Shown in pieces: positions 19,801 to 31,356 of a stretch of DNA of 64,000 bases. The position numbers and the translations under genes were made by a program. The stretch comes from an uncultured delta proteobacterium. Lineage in GTDB: Bacteria; Desulfobacterota; Syntrophobacteria; Syntrophobacterales; Syntrophobacteraceae. Under the pieces are notes generated by a model. That model was not told the origin of the DNA, ran no database searches, and saw only the letters and a program-made list of their open reading frames with translations. Position 1 is the stretch's first letter. Every line of letters starts with the position of its first letter. The stretch covers positions 86,048 through 150,047 of the forward strand of contig CAWEHK010000025.1 of the NCBI GenBank assembly GCA_963808625.1. The letters run 5' to 3'.

Positions 19801-22800
19801 GATGCCCGGTTCGCCCGTGTCCGTGTCGGGCCCACTCCGTCGCCGTCGAGGTCGGCCCACACGAGGTCGCCGATGCTGGGGCCGATGGCGGTGGTGGCGT
19901 CGTCGCTGGCATCCAGTCCCGCGCCTTCGTCGGTCAGGGTGGCAGTGTTGTTGACCTGGGTCACCCGGCGTATTGTTGACGGTGACCTGATAGGTCAAGG
20001 GCGGGCTGGCGCGCAGCCCTTCCGACGTGCCGGCGTTGAAGGTCACGCCGCTGGACGAGGTGGGCTTGCCCCGGAAGGTGACCGACGAGGGCGAGCCGCC
20101 CGGCGTGACGCTGCACACGTACTTGAAGGTGACCGGAACATCGGCCGCGAGATCGACCGGGCCGGTCGGAGCCGCGCTGCCGCAGCTCACGGTGGCCGCA
20201 CCGGGGTTGATGGTCAGGCTGCCCGGGCTGACCCCGGTGACGGCCGCCTTGGCCGAGACCATCATGGTCACTTCCACCTCGCTGGCGGTCGTGCCGGAGT
20301 GCAGGCGGTCGTTGATGTGCAGCTCGGTGCGCGTCTCGGTGGACGTGGTGGGTGTCAGGGTCCAGTTGACGATCAGCTTGGGCCGGTTGGCGGCAGTGGT
20401 GGATTCGCGGGACGAGTAAACGACGTCATTGTCGAGAATTGCCGCCCGTACCGGTGGTGATCAGCACCAGCCCCTTGTTGATCTTGGTTCCGGCGACCCA
20501 GGCTTCCACCAGGGTCTTCAGCGCGGCGTTGCTGAGGGTCTTCAAGCCGGTGGAAGACGGGTCGATGGTCCCCAGGGCCGTGCCGTTGTAGTCGCTGGTG
20601 GAAAACGTCGCCGCTGGCCCAGGTGGCTGCCGTTCGTCCTTGTCCCAGGTCGCACCGGTTTCGGTCCAGCCGCCGGTCGTCATCTCGTAGACGGAGTCGG
20701 TGTGGCCGGTCCTGCGCGCGTCAGGACATTCATCTGCAGGGTCACGCTGTTGATCGTGGCGCCCGAGGGGATGCTGCTGAGGTCGAAACGCAACAAGGCG
20801 TTCGGTCGTTCGTTGGTCTTGCTCGCGTGGTGACAAGGTCGTCAGAGGTGCCGTTATTTTTGGCCTGCTCCGGGTCTTTCCGTTGATCTAGGTATCGGCC
20901 ACCGCCGGGGCATCAGCGTCACCCGAGCAGGCGCTGCTGGACTCGTAGAGATAGTTGATGACGAGCGCCGGCTTGGTGGTGCCGGAGCGGCTGACACCAG
21001 GTCGCGTCCGCGTTCTCACTGGTGCCGGTCGCCAGGAGGACCATGCCGTTGTTGGGGCCGGTCTGCCAGCTCTTGACCAGGTCCGTCACAGCGAAGGTGG
21101 CGGTGGTTTCGGTCTGGGGCACCACAAAGGAGCCGTAAGACAGTGGCGCCGTAGTCGCTGGCGCCGAACCCGCCGCTCGTCGCCCAGTCGCCCGCAGCAG
21201 CCCCATTGGGATCGTTCCAGGTGGCCGTCGTCTCCGCGAAGGCGGTCAGCAGATTACGCACCTGGACCGTTTGCTGCTTCTTGTTATTGGCGTAGTTCGC
21301 CGACATCGTGATCTGGAGCGTGGCCGACTGGATCGAGGCGCCGGCCGGCAGAGTGCTCAGGCTGAAGTGCAGGAGCGCATGCTTCTTCTTGTTGGTCTCG
21401 TTACTGGTCTTGAAAGTGGTGGTCGTGCCACTGGCATCGCCGGCGGTATCTTTCGAGTTCTCGTTGATAAACGTGTCCGCGTCGGGGTTCAACGGTCAGC
21501 GTCGCCGGGCAGAAGACCTTGCCGGAGGGCGGGGTGATGCCGGGCTGGGCGGCGCTGTTGCCGCCGAGGGACCAGACGATGGAGTCCAGGCTGCCATCGT
21601 CGGATCGATCGATCAAGGAACTCGCCGCCCGCATTCGCGCTGTCGGTCACATACGTGGTGCCCGCCGGGATCGGGTCGGTCACCTTGGCGTTGGTCAGCA
21701 GCTCAGGCCCCGGGTACTTCGGCAGGATGGTGTAGGTGAGGGTCTGTCCGGCGCGTGGCCGTGGCGAGATTCACCGTCTTGTCGATCAGGGGCTCGAAGG
21801 GGAAGTCGGCCGTCAGGTAGGCGGTGCCGGCGGGCAGAGCGATCGCATACTGGGTCGACGCTGGTCGACAAACCGGCCGGGATGTCCGATCGGAGGTGTC
21901 CACCACGACGATGTAGTCGTCGGCATCAGGCCGTCGAACAGGTATTTGCCCGTGGCGTCGGTAACTGTGGTCACCGCCGTGGCCGCCTCATTGCCATCGA
22001 TGATGCCGTTGCCGTCCAGGTCTTGATACAGGGTGACGGTCACGTTCGCCAGCGGGGTGTCGCCGGTGGTGAAATTGCCATCACCGTCGCGGTCGATGAA
22101 GACCTGATCGCCGATGGAGCTGGGGACGAGCCGGTCGTAGCCGAAGTCCTGCGTGGAAGTGCCGGAGAGGTTCAGACACCGGGCGCGGGTCTACCCCGTC
22201 CGCGCCGGAGACCGCAGAATAGGTGTCAGAGCCGAAATGGCCGGCGAGATCCGGGTCGGTCTGCACGATGTCCACCAGGTAGCTCAGGCCGCTGGCCAGG
22301 CCGGTGAACTCGTAGATAGCCGTTGGCATTGGTCACGGTCGGTGGCAATCAGCAGATCACCGGTATCGATCTGAGCCATTGCCATTGGTGTCTTCGTAGA
22401 GGTTGACCGTGACATCATCGATCTCGGTGTCGGCCGTAGTGTAGTCGTTATCGGGCGCGGCCGAGTCTTCGTAGACGGTGCCGTTGATGGCCGCCGTGCC
22501 GGCGGGCCTGTAGCCGAAGTCGATCGTCGAGGTCGCGCCGTTTTCCGGCAGGACCACCAGGGCCCGGCCATCCAGCGAGCCTTGCGGATCACCGGTCAGG
22601 ACATAGCCGGCCGGGACGCCGCTGTCGATGGCCACCCAGTAGGTTGCGGCGGCAAGCCCGGTGAACGAGTAGAGGCCGCTGCTATTGGTCGTGGTCGGTC
22701 TGCACGCCAACGTCGTCATCGCCGGTGGGCTCGAAAATCCCGTCGCCGTCATCTTTGTACAGTTTAACGGTAACGACCGGAGATCCCTTCCTCGCCGCTG

Positions 22801-25034
22801 TCCTGCACGCCGTCGCCGTTCCAGTCCCGCCAGACGAAGTCGCCGATGGTGCCGGCGCCCAACGCTAACACAGGCCGCCGAAGCCGGTGGTGATGGGCAC
22901 ACCGTTCTGGGTCACCGAATAGGTGTTGCAGTAGTACGCCGGGGCTGGCGTTCGCAGGGACATTGGCCCGGAAGGTGATGGTGAGCTGGTTGTTGGCCGC
23001 GATCGCGGCCGGGATGGTGAACAGGGGCTGGTTGAGGCTGTTGGGGCTGGCGGTGCTGACCGTCGGGGTGATCGCCGCACCGTTGACCTTGGCCACGGGC
23101 GTGTAAGTCGCATCATAGGTGAACCCGGTGGGCAGGAATTCCTTCACCGTCACCGGGCTGCCGGTGGGGCCGCCGCCGATGTTCCTTGACCAGGACGTCA
23201 TAGATCACCGTGCCGCCGGGCGTCACGGTGGTGGATCGCGCGGTCTTCGTGGGCACCAGGAAGGGATAAGGCCCCGAGACGGTGGTGTCACATGCGGATT
23301 GCGGAGGCATCTGGTCCGAGTAGACCGTCATGCAGTTGTCGACATACCCGGTGGCGCTGGCCTTGACGGTGACGATGGCCTCGAATTTCTCGCCCGGCAG
23401 CAGCGTGCCGACGTTCCACACCAGCGGGTTGGGGCCGGTGCTCTGGGCCGGGAACAGCACTGATGAAGGTCACGCCGCTGGGCAGGGTGTCCTTCACCAC
23501 CACGTTTGTCAGGGAAAAGGCCTGGAGGTTGTAGACCTTTACCGGGTACTGGTAGGTATCGCCGGACTTGATGAGCTCCTTGTCGGCGGGCTTGCCCGGC
23601 AGCACACAGAGATTCATCTCGATTTCAGTGGGTTCGTAGTAGCGCCACAGGTGGTCTTTGCCGTTGTCGGTGCCGCCGGCGTCCCCGCCAAAGGTGTCGC
23701 CGTGCAGGTAGGGGCAGCCGTCGGGGTCGGTGATGTTGGCCGTGCTGCTGGTCACCCTGATCTTGACCCAGGCATACTCGGGCCGGTAGGCGGTGAGCTG
23801 GCCGACGGCCCAGCGGATGGCATTGGTGCTGGTGGTCGGTCTGCGACAGCGGATTGCTGGGGCTGACGGCATAGCGCCGATGCTGCCGGCATCCTTGCTG
23901 GCATAGCCGAGCACGGTCGGAGATCAGGCCGGGCTGGTCGTAGGAGACGCGGCTGCCGGGATACTTGATGCGTTTCCAGGGGCCGATCTGGTCGGTGCTC
24001 ATGGCCGCCTGCATGTGCGGCGGGTCCGGGGGCTACCGCTGCGCCACTTTAGTCCCAGTCGAAGTTCCATGCGTAGCCGCTCTGCGGGCCGGCGACGCCG
24101 CTGGCGAAACCCCAGGGGGCGTTGCCGCGGCCGTCGGCGTAGTCGACGATGGCGTTGGCCGCCACGCCGCGCGGCAGCACTGTAAGTCGTGCCCTTGGCG
24201 CCCCAGCCATAGAGCTGCTCGGCATCCCACTTGTTGCAGGGCACGACCACGTCGCCCGAGTTGTTGGTGATGGTCCGGCCGTTCGGCACGATGCCTTTGA
24301 GCGCCGCGATGGCGAGGCTGCCGCAGTGGTTGGCGGTGAATCGGCATCGTTCCAGTCGCTTGCCGCTCCGCCGTTGGCCTTGGTGAAGCGCTGCCAGGAA
24401 CCGTAGGCCGTGTCGGGGTCGGTGGAGTAGAAGATGCCGGTGTCGCCGTAGACGCCGGCGATAGTGCCGAGATGCAGGCCGCTGCGGGGTTACCGCCGTC
24501 GAGGAAAGCGCCGCTGGCGGTGCTGTCTGAACAGCGTGCTGAAGCCCACGAGCTGGCGGTGGCCTTGGCGCCGATGGGGCCGGCGCCGACCGCGATGGGC
24601 GACTGGCCCTTCATGGCCGCCTTGTCGTAACCGCCGGCGCCGTTGGGAATGACGTAGCCGACATCAACCACCTCCACGCCCTCGGGGACGTAGAAGTCGA
24701 TGTGGCCGCCGACGCCGGTGGTGGTGCCGTCGCGCGGAATCACCTTGATAATGATGCCGAGCTCATCGCCCACCTGGAGCACCGGCTGGCCGGGCGCCCA
24801 GCTCCGGCAGGCCAGGCAGACCAATAGCAGCACAGGAGGCGGGTAGGGCGTGGTGACCTCGAGGCGGGCATCGATACAGGCCTGGGTCTCGGGGTCGAAG
24901 AACATGTAAACCATGCGGGTCTGCAGGTTGTGCGCCCAGATGGCGGTGACGCTTACCAGGGTAAGGACGAATCCCAACGTGACGATCCACCCAAGCTTTT
25001 GCCGCTTCGTTCTCGTGCCGCTCTGTGTCTTCAT
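10778..25034 (-). CDS. Giant secreted adhesin-like protein (~4700 aa if intact): DUF11, DNRLRE-like and many SdrD B-like repeats, C-terminal C25 gingipain-like peptidase; heavily frameshifted in the assembly
   Basis: Signal peptide at 25034; recurring IGD.VW.D.NGDG.QD.GE.GI.GVTV.L...TTTT...G.Y.F...DFG units; DADTFINE...ALLHFSLS domains; C25 motifs [44 protein letters not shown]; fragments are collinear with no clear intergenic gaps. Confidence 0.75.
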
Positions 25035-25490
25035 TGACTGTCTCCTAAGATCTCGTCTTTTATATGAAACTCAAAAACCTAAATCGTTTACGCTGGAATT
25101 GTTCCCCGAAAACTTCCATTTCCTCAATTCACAAAAAACGCGTGTCGCCGGAGATGAATTTCAAGTTAACGAGTTTTCCAATAATCTACCGGCTTATTGC
25201 AGCCCAGAGAATCTATATGCATCGCACTGCAACAGATCAACCCGAAAAAATACTGCATTTGCACCAATGAGCACCGCGACATCCCCGCACGGGTGCAGAC
25301 AAGTGAAAAGCAATTGCATAACTGGCTTGATGGACCATCTCCTCATCCAACGAACTCATTTCCTGCGGCAGTCGTGCGCCGTCAGAAACTTCAAGAGAAT
25401 CTCAAACAGTCCTGAAGTTGACGCAAGTGGTTATTCTTCCAACCCATCATGTTTGATCGTCTCGCAAAAAGGCCCACAAGGTGTTTCTTC

Positions 25491-25570
25491 GTCATTCCGG
25501 CGAATGCCGGAATCCAGTGCTTTCAATCAGTCGGAAAATGCCTGACCCCGGTTTTCACCGAGGTGACCAC
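25491..25570. repeat. GTCATTCCGGCG...CCGGAATCCA REP pair
   Basis: GTCATTCCGGCGAATGCCGGAATCCA...GACCCCGGTTTTCACCGAGGTGAC. Confidence 0.7.
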
Positions 25571-25592
25571 TTTTTGCTGCCTTGTTGTATCT

Positions 25593-25610
25593 ATGCAAAT
25601 CAAATGCCGA
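25593..25610 (-). promoter_or_regulatory. Putative sigma-54 promoter for the giant surface protein gene
   Basis: Minus strand TCGGCATTTGATTTGCAT, GG-N10-GC. Confidence 0.5.
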
Positions 25611-26000
25611 CTTGGTCACTATTTAATAGGGAATATCGGATAATCAGCGTTCAAATCACAATGATTCGCCTATGCCTGAAGCAAGTGTTTCCGGTAAGAG
25701 CGGATGTGATGATAAAAAGGTCCTTTGCATCTCTACTTTTGGTAGAGTCTCTGATCCCCCGCCAAGCCCGTCCGAACCTTTCAATTCCATAATCCGCCCG
25801 CGTTCCTGCGCCTCCCCTCGCCACCCAGGCTCATGTCCGGCGACTCTACTATTGGTAGAGTCCATGATGACCCGCTCCCGCGAAAGGGACATTTCCCGGC
25901 AGTATCCAAAGAGCGTCACCGACCGGAGCGGACCCGACCCTTCCGCACAGGAACATGCACTCAGGGGGACCGGCACTCCACTTGGCATTTGCTGGGCCAT

Positions 26001-26751
26001 TTATCTCACCTCTTCCGCACAGGAACATGCACTCAGCGGGACCCGGACCGTGATGTGGACCCCGCTTCCAGGCTTTGCTCCGGCCTTGAGGGAGCCGCGA
26101 ACCAGGCTTATCCGTTCCCGCACGGCGCCAAATCCTAAACCCCTTTTGTCTCCTGTCTCTCCCTGGTCGCACCCGATTCTGTCATCTCGGACAGAGAGGT
26201 GGAGAGCGCCTCCCTTCACTCCGAGAAACACGACTACCTTGCCGGCCGAGGCGTCCTGGCCTACGTTTTTCAGCGCTTCCTGCACGATCCGAAAGATGCA
26301 GATGGCTGGTTCGATTGGTAAATCGGACAGGAACTGCCCGCGACCGAAATCTTACCTCGATCCCTTCCTCCTGCTGGAAGGCAAGACACTCCGAACGGAT
26401 CGCCTCAACCAGCCCAAGGTCCTCCAGGATGGCCGGGTAGAGTTTTTTGCAAAAACGGTGCGCATGCTCCGCCAGCTTGACGGAACAGTTCTTGATCTCA
26501 CTGATACGCGTCAAAAGCGGAGTCGCCGACTTTTGGGCTTCCTCTTCGAGCATTCCCGCCTGGATCGCCAGGGCGGCCAGTTGCTGCGTAAGTTGATCTC
26601 CCACTTCCCGCCGCAAGCGCCGTCGTTCCTCTTCCTCGTTCATGATCAACTGGTGAAAAAGCACGCGGTAATACTCGCGGTCCTCGAACCGATTTTCCTC
26701 GGACTCGGGGGCAGCGTTCGCATTCGTCGCATTATTAAGGGAAGGTCTCAT
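26001..26751 (-). CDS. Sensorless HisKA_3/HATPase kinase-like protein lacking the phosphoacceptor His (frameshifted)
   Basis: EEERRRL.REVGDQLTQ (H replaced by G), LYPAILEDLGL, QEALKNV, GLGFGAVRER; paralogous to the C-terminus of the 58269 kinase. Confidence 0.7.
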
Positions 26752-26819
26752 GATCCTATCCGCAATCGGTGTTCACGTCTACTTGCGGCAAACATTCTCG
26801 GTGCTTTCCTGTCCGGCCC

Positions 26820-26980
26820 TTAGTACACCCCCGCATAAATAGGTGTCCGAATTCGAGAGGTCATTCCCGCGTGTTTCTGGCGGGAATCCAGGGTGGGCAA
26901 ATTCTCTGGATTCCCGCTAAAAGCATGCGGGAATGACGCCCTGGGGTAATGGACACTCTATTCTGCGGTGCTGTACTTAG
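26820..26980. mobile_element. ~160-bp MITE-like element carrying an internal REP pair
   Basis: Imperfect terminal inverted repeats TAGTACACCCCCGCATAAATAGGTGTCC / GGACACTCTATTCTGCGGTGCTGTACTTA; second copy at 33081-33241. Confidence 0.7.
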
Positions 26981-27492
26981 AACAGGAGGACATCGACTCA
27001 AAAAAATCCTGTTAGCCTTTGTATCGCAAATAGTTTTCCGGTGGGAATTCGAAAGAATACTGCAGCGAGCCGCAAAAAATACTGCGAGGGAAATGAGGAA
27101 AACGACGCGGCGCGAGGGGGATAAAGGCTAAGAGGAAGAGGGGCTTTGCTGTCAACCCCGGCCGCTCGTGACTTGTCCGATTTGACAAGACTTCCCGGCG
27201 GGTGGGAAGCCCAGCCGCTATTGCATTGCTCCGGTGAGACCCCTTCATTGGCCGGAAAAAACTTCCCCGGAAATGCTGGAATCAAGCGTCTCCAACACTT
27301 GCCGTAGCGTGGGGAGCCGGGAAGGAGATCACAACGGCGTTATTGGGGTGCGAAGTGTCTCTCCGCTCTTCGCTCCGCGAGATGGATGCAGGCGAGCGGC
27401 TGCGAAGTCTCTCAGAAAGGACCGAAACCATCCGGGACGAAAGGATCCGCTCCCTCTCTTGATGTTCGGCGGGTTTGCATTCTCGGGGCTGT

Positions 27493-27936
27493 CTACTTGA
27501 GAATTGCTTTCAAAAGCGGGTGTGGTTTTGAAGCATAGGGGTCGACTACCGTGACGCCTCGCCAGGTGAAGCCGTCTTGGAAGTCCTCGCTCAACAATAA
27601 CCGGGAATGGTTTTCAGCAGAGACCGAAACGATCAGCGCGTCCCAAATCTGCAACCCGTGATCGTTGGACAGGTCCATTGCCGACTTAAGCGCCTCCCAG
27701 GTGGTATCCACCACATCGAAACAGTCTGTCCAGCTGAGGATGGCTTCACGGGCAGAGGCAGGGGTTCGACCGGCTTTGCCGGTCAGCACCCGGTAAAGCT
27801 CTCCAAGCACTTGAGTCGAAATAATCACCGACTCCTCAGGCAGGCGACTGATCAGCAACACCGACACGTCTCGTTTCACCGGATCTCCCACGCCCTCAGC
27901 ATAAGCAAGAATATTGGTGTCAAGAGCAACCCTCAT
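27493..27936 (-). CDS. vapC: VapC/PIN toxin
   Basis: MRVALDTNILAYAE, QVLGEL, IWDALI, LLSEDFQ. Confidence 0.88.
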   Translation of the reverse strand: MRVALDTNILAYAEGVGDPVKRDVSVLLISRLPEESVIISTQVLGELYRVLTGKAGRTPASAREAILSWTDCFDVVDTTWEALKSAMDLSNDHGLQIWDALIVSVSAENHSRLLLSEDFQDGFTWRGVTVVDPYASKPHPLLKAILK

Positions 27937-27941
27937 CCGAA

Positions 27942-28178
27942 TCAGTCCTCGTATAATTCGTCTCGGGTCCACTTGCTGGTCCCGGTGACTTTCTGGTTCT
28001 GCAATCGAGCTATGAGCGTCTCTCTGGCTGATGGGCGCTCAGCATCCCTGGCCAGGGCGGGACCTATGGTTGCCACGGGTTTTCCACGAGAAAGCACGAG
28101 ATATACTTCGCCCTGCCTGGCCTCCCTCAACAGGGCGGAGAAGTTTCGGTTGGCCTCTGCTGCGGTTACCGTTTTCAT
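27942..28178 (-). CDS. Phd/YefM-family antitoxin
   Basis: MKTVTAAEANRNFSALLR...RGKPVATI...WTRDELYED; GGAGG RBS. Confidence 0.88.
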   Translation of the reverse strand: MKTVTAAEANRNFSALLREARQGEVYLVLSRGKPVATIGPALARDAERPSARETLIARLQNQKVTGTSKWTRDELYED

Positions 28179-28299
28179 GGTTGCCTCCATTATGTAGTGT
28201 TGAAAACTACAATAGAAATCAATGAGCGATTTTGTCAACGGTTCTCTTGAAGATCTTCCAGAGCGCTTCCCGCACACGAGTGATGCGGTGGAAGCCGGA

Positions 28300-28790
28300 C
28301 GGATAGATGATATGGTGCAGGTCGGGTCCAAATCATCCCTTCGCTCCGGCAGATAGATGCAGGAGAGCGCCTGAGACGTTTCGCAAAATGACCCGAATCC
28401 ATCGGGGCCGACGAAAACGCGTCGTTTCGAAAGCTCGGGGTGGACCAGCGGCAGGTGCTCGTAGCTCCCCAGAAAGTAAGCGGCTTCATCCGGCCACATG
28501 CGCATGGTGGGATAGCCCGGGCGACCGATGAAGATGCCGCCGGTCTCTTCCACGGGCAGGATGTCGTCGGTCAAGAGCGGACAACCCACTTGCATCATCG
28601 CCGCAGCGAGGGAGCTCTTGCCGCCGTAGTTGCTCGACAGGAACGCCGCCGCTCTTCCATTGGCCACCACGGCCGCGGCATGCAACGCTCGAATCCCTTG
28701 CCGCTCGAGCCAGTACGAAAGCACGTCTCCCAGTTTTCGAACCATAACGGATGGCGGATCTGTTTGACAAGTGAAGATCAAGTCGGCAGG
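28300..28790 (-). pseudogene. Fragment of an HprK-related kinase
   Basis: ALHAAAV, GGKSSLAA, LLTDDIL, PGYPTMRMWPD; N- and C-terminal parts appear lost. Confidence 0.65.
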
Positions 28791-29152
28791 TGCTTCGCTT
28801 TGAGGACCGTTCTTTGCGTTCGGTGAGCTTGAAAGAAACCGAGAAACAAATTGGAATTCAGTTAACAGCGTCACCCCGAAAACGCCGTGAGTGCTCGAGT
28901 CGCCGCCTTGTTTCAGGTTCATATTGAAATGATTCGTTCTAGATTTTTCACATGGTGGCTGATTTCTCATCCTTCGGCTGAATTTGCATTGAAAGTCTCA
29001 CACGGCTCTCACGCGGCAGAATTTCGCTCGGGCTCTTTGCCATCCGGACGTTCTCCAGCCTGCCCCGTGGACCCGGGACTTGCCTGCAACATGATCCCCT
29101 CTTCCACCATGTCTTTCAGAATTTGATCAACCGTTTGTCGCAAGGACAGACG

Positions 29153-29887
29153 TCACTGCAACGCTTTTTCAACCAGGGCTTCAAAGTCAGCAGCAGTCTG
29201 ACAGTTCTTCATTTGCCGCCGCAAAAGGCGCAATACTTCATGACTCCGAATCTGATGGAGTTTTCCGATGAGGCTTTGAGATGGAACACCGAAATGCATT
29301 TCGATAAGATCGAGGATGACTTCACAAGCCTCTTGGAGCCTGCCTTGCATCAAGCCTTCCAAAAGCCCTTCTTTCCCTCTTCTTTCCCTTCATGAAACCA
29401 TTGTTCTGCAAGAGTTGACATGATTGCGCCTCCTTCAGGCATATTCGAGAGGGCTCTCTCAAAATCCTGACTGGTCAACTTATCGGTACCCTGAACAAGG
29501 TACCGGGGCCCAGGCCCCGGTTCCCTGAAAGAACCAGTGGCAGAATGACGGGAAGTCTCGTTAGACTGGCGAAGGTGCAGTTCCCAGATCCGAATCATGT
29601 ACTTGAGAAGCTGAAAAGCGGTGAACCGGTCCGAAAAACTCTTGTGCTCGAATAGAACATAGATGTAGGCCCGGCTATCGGCCAACTTCACCTCATAGAG
29701 CAGGTCGGAAAAGGATTCTCTGAGCTCCTCGTCAATGAAGGAATCCTTCCTGATCTCCATAGTCCCGAGATCAAGAGTCTGAAGGACTTCCGACGGCAAG
29801 TGATTGGCGAGGAAGTCCACCGCCGTGTTCTTACGGGAGAAAACTTCTTTAAAGAACCTGTCATGAGGATTGGCTACTTTGTGCACG
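29153..29887 (-). pseudogene. Rpn/YhgA-family (PD-(D/E)xK) nuclease/putative transposase, internally deleted
   Basis: NPHDRFFKEVFS, DSFIDEEL..SFSDLLY, YVLFEHKS, QLLKYMIRIWE, then jumps to MSTLAEQW..EG. Confidence 0.78.
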
Positions 29888-30334
29888 GTTGAGACCCCAT
29901 GGTGTTTGAGTGTTCTATTGCTCCCCCAATCCATCAGTTGCCTGCCTTGCCCATTTGACAAGATATTCGAATACGATATTAGCGCAACTACTCTGAAAAA
30001 GCTATGCTTCTTGGGTTTCTCCCAAGCGCATGTGATGAAGTCGGGATGGGTTGAGATGACAGATGATGCGATCCCGCATGCAGGGAAGATGCTGGAAGCC
30101 GGAAGGGTAGATAACGCGTCGGCCGCGCACTTCCTTCCAGATTCTGCGAGTCAGGCTCGAATTCTCATTGTCACGGGACGGCTGCCGCAAATTGCGAACG
30201 TCAATGCCAAAAATCTCTTCCGAATTCCAGTGGAGACTGAGAAGCCAAAAGTTTTCCCGAAGGAGAAGGTGGCTTGCAGGCCCTTCTCGAAGAAAGAGAG
30301 GAGCGATGAAGTTTTGGGATGCTTCCGCGATCGT

Positions 30335-30450
30335 CTACCGTGACGCCTCGCCAGGTAAAGCCGTCTTGGAGGTCCGCGCTCAGCAATAGCCGGGAATGGC
30401 TTTCAGCAGAGACCGAAAAGATGTCACCAAGAGCATAGGCCAATATTTTC
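30335..30450 (-). pseudogene. Internally deleted copy of the vapC at 27493
   Basis: ILAYALG joined to SVSAESHSRLLLSADLQDGFTWRGVTV; DNA closely matches 27545-27630; abuts a plus-strand PIN start MKFWDASAI at 30306. Confidence 0.7.
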
Positions 30451-30669
30451 TGCTGGTTTTTCTGAGATTTGAAAAAGGAGTTTTGCGGAGTATGATAAAT
30501 AGGTGAATGTATACCGGTGGCACAAGTCATCGGCAATGGAACAGATAGCAACCGAGAGTTTTTGAGAATCAATTTCCGCATCAGGCGAGCAGGCAGTACC
30601 GGGCGCCAAGAAGGCGACTGCCCGAAGAATCAGGGCACGGCGAAATCGATTAACAGAAAGGAGACGGAT

Positions 30670-30918
30670 ATGCCCGAAGATCAACTTCTTCATCGTATTA
30701 CCGTCAATCGAGAGATTTTCGGAGGAAAACCGATCATCCGAGGGATGAGGATCTCGGTGGAACTTATCCTTAGTCTGCTTGCTCAGGGCGAAAGCGTTGA
30801 GGGTCTTCTTGAGGATTACCCGCAACTTGATCAGGAGGACATTCGAGCTTGTCTGGCCTATGCACGTGCGGTGATTGCCCATGATACGCTTGATGAGGTG
30901 CAGATTCAAAGCAGGTAG
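30670..30918 (+). CDS. DUF433-family antitoxin
   Basis: RITVNREIFGGKPIIRGMRISVELIL..LA.G......DYP.L..EDIRACLAYA. Confidence 0.9.
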   Translation: MPEDQLLHRITVNREIFGGKPIIRGMRISVELILSLLAQGESVEGLLEDYPQLDQEDIRACLAYARAVIAHDTLDEVQIQSR

Positions 30919-30926
30919 CAAAGGAT

Positions 30927-31283
30927 ATGAGATTCCTCGTTGACCGCTGTGCCGGCTGCAAGCTGGCAAGATGGCTCATAAGTCATGGCCACGACGTTAT
31001 CGAATCAAGCGCCATGGGACCGGATCCGGGCGATCTCCAGGTACTGGAGTGGGCATTTAGTCAGGAACGCATCCTGATCACTATTGATACGGATTTTGGT
31101 AAACTGGTATATGCCGGCGGTGTGAATCACTGCGGTATGGTTCGGCTCCCTGATGTTCCGGCGGAAAAACGCATTCAGTTGATGGAACTGGTCCTCAACC
31201 GTTATCAAGAAGCCCTTGAAACGGGTGCGATCATTACTGTTCGCGGCGAGAGGATCCGGGTGTCAAGACCGAAATTCAATTGA
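30927..31283 (+). CDS. DUF5615 PIN-like toxin
   Basis: MRFLVD, GHDV, D...LEWA...RILITID.DFG; follows DUF433. Confidence 0.85.
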   Translation: MRFLVDRCAGCKLARWLISHGHDVIESSAMGPDPGDLQVLEWAFSQERILITIDTDFGKLVYAGGVNHCGMVRLPDVPAEKRIQLMELVLNRYQEALETGAIITVRGERIRVSRPKFN

Positions 31284-31356
31284 CCTCATTTCCTTCTCAT
31301 TTCTTCCTTAGCGGTTGCTGGCAAGGCCATCGGATGGGAAGGACCCGCCCGAACTC

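Noticed and set aside
15400..25034. Dense frameshifts as programmed frameshifting or true pseudogenisation
   Set aside because: Single-base indels occur window-wide in unrelated genes, which is more consistent with uncorrected long-read errors; cannot be resolved without reads
27171..27188. CTTGTC-N6-GACAAG palindrome as an operator or part of a riboswitch
   Set aside because: Single occurrence with no recognisable family consensus
27942..28970. 342-aa ORF as a kinase-antitoxin fusion
   Set aside because: The antitoxin has its own GGAGG RBS and ATG at 28178; the kinase part is a truncated relic that happens to be in frame
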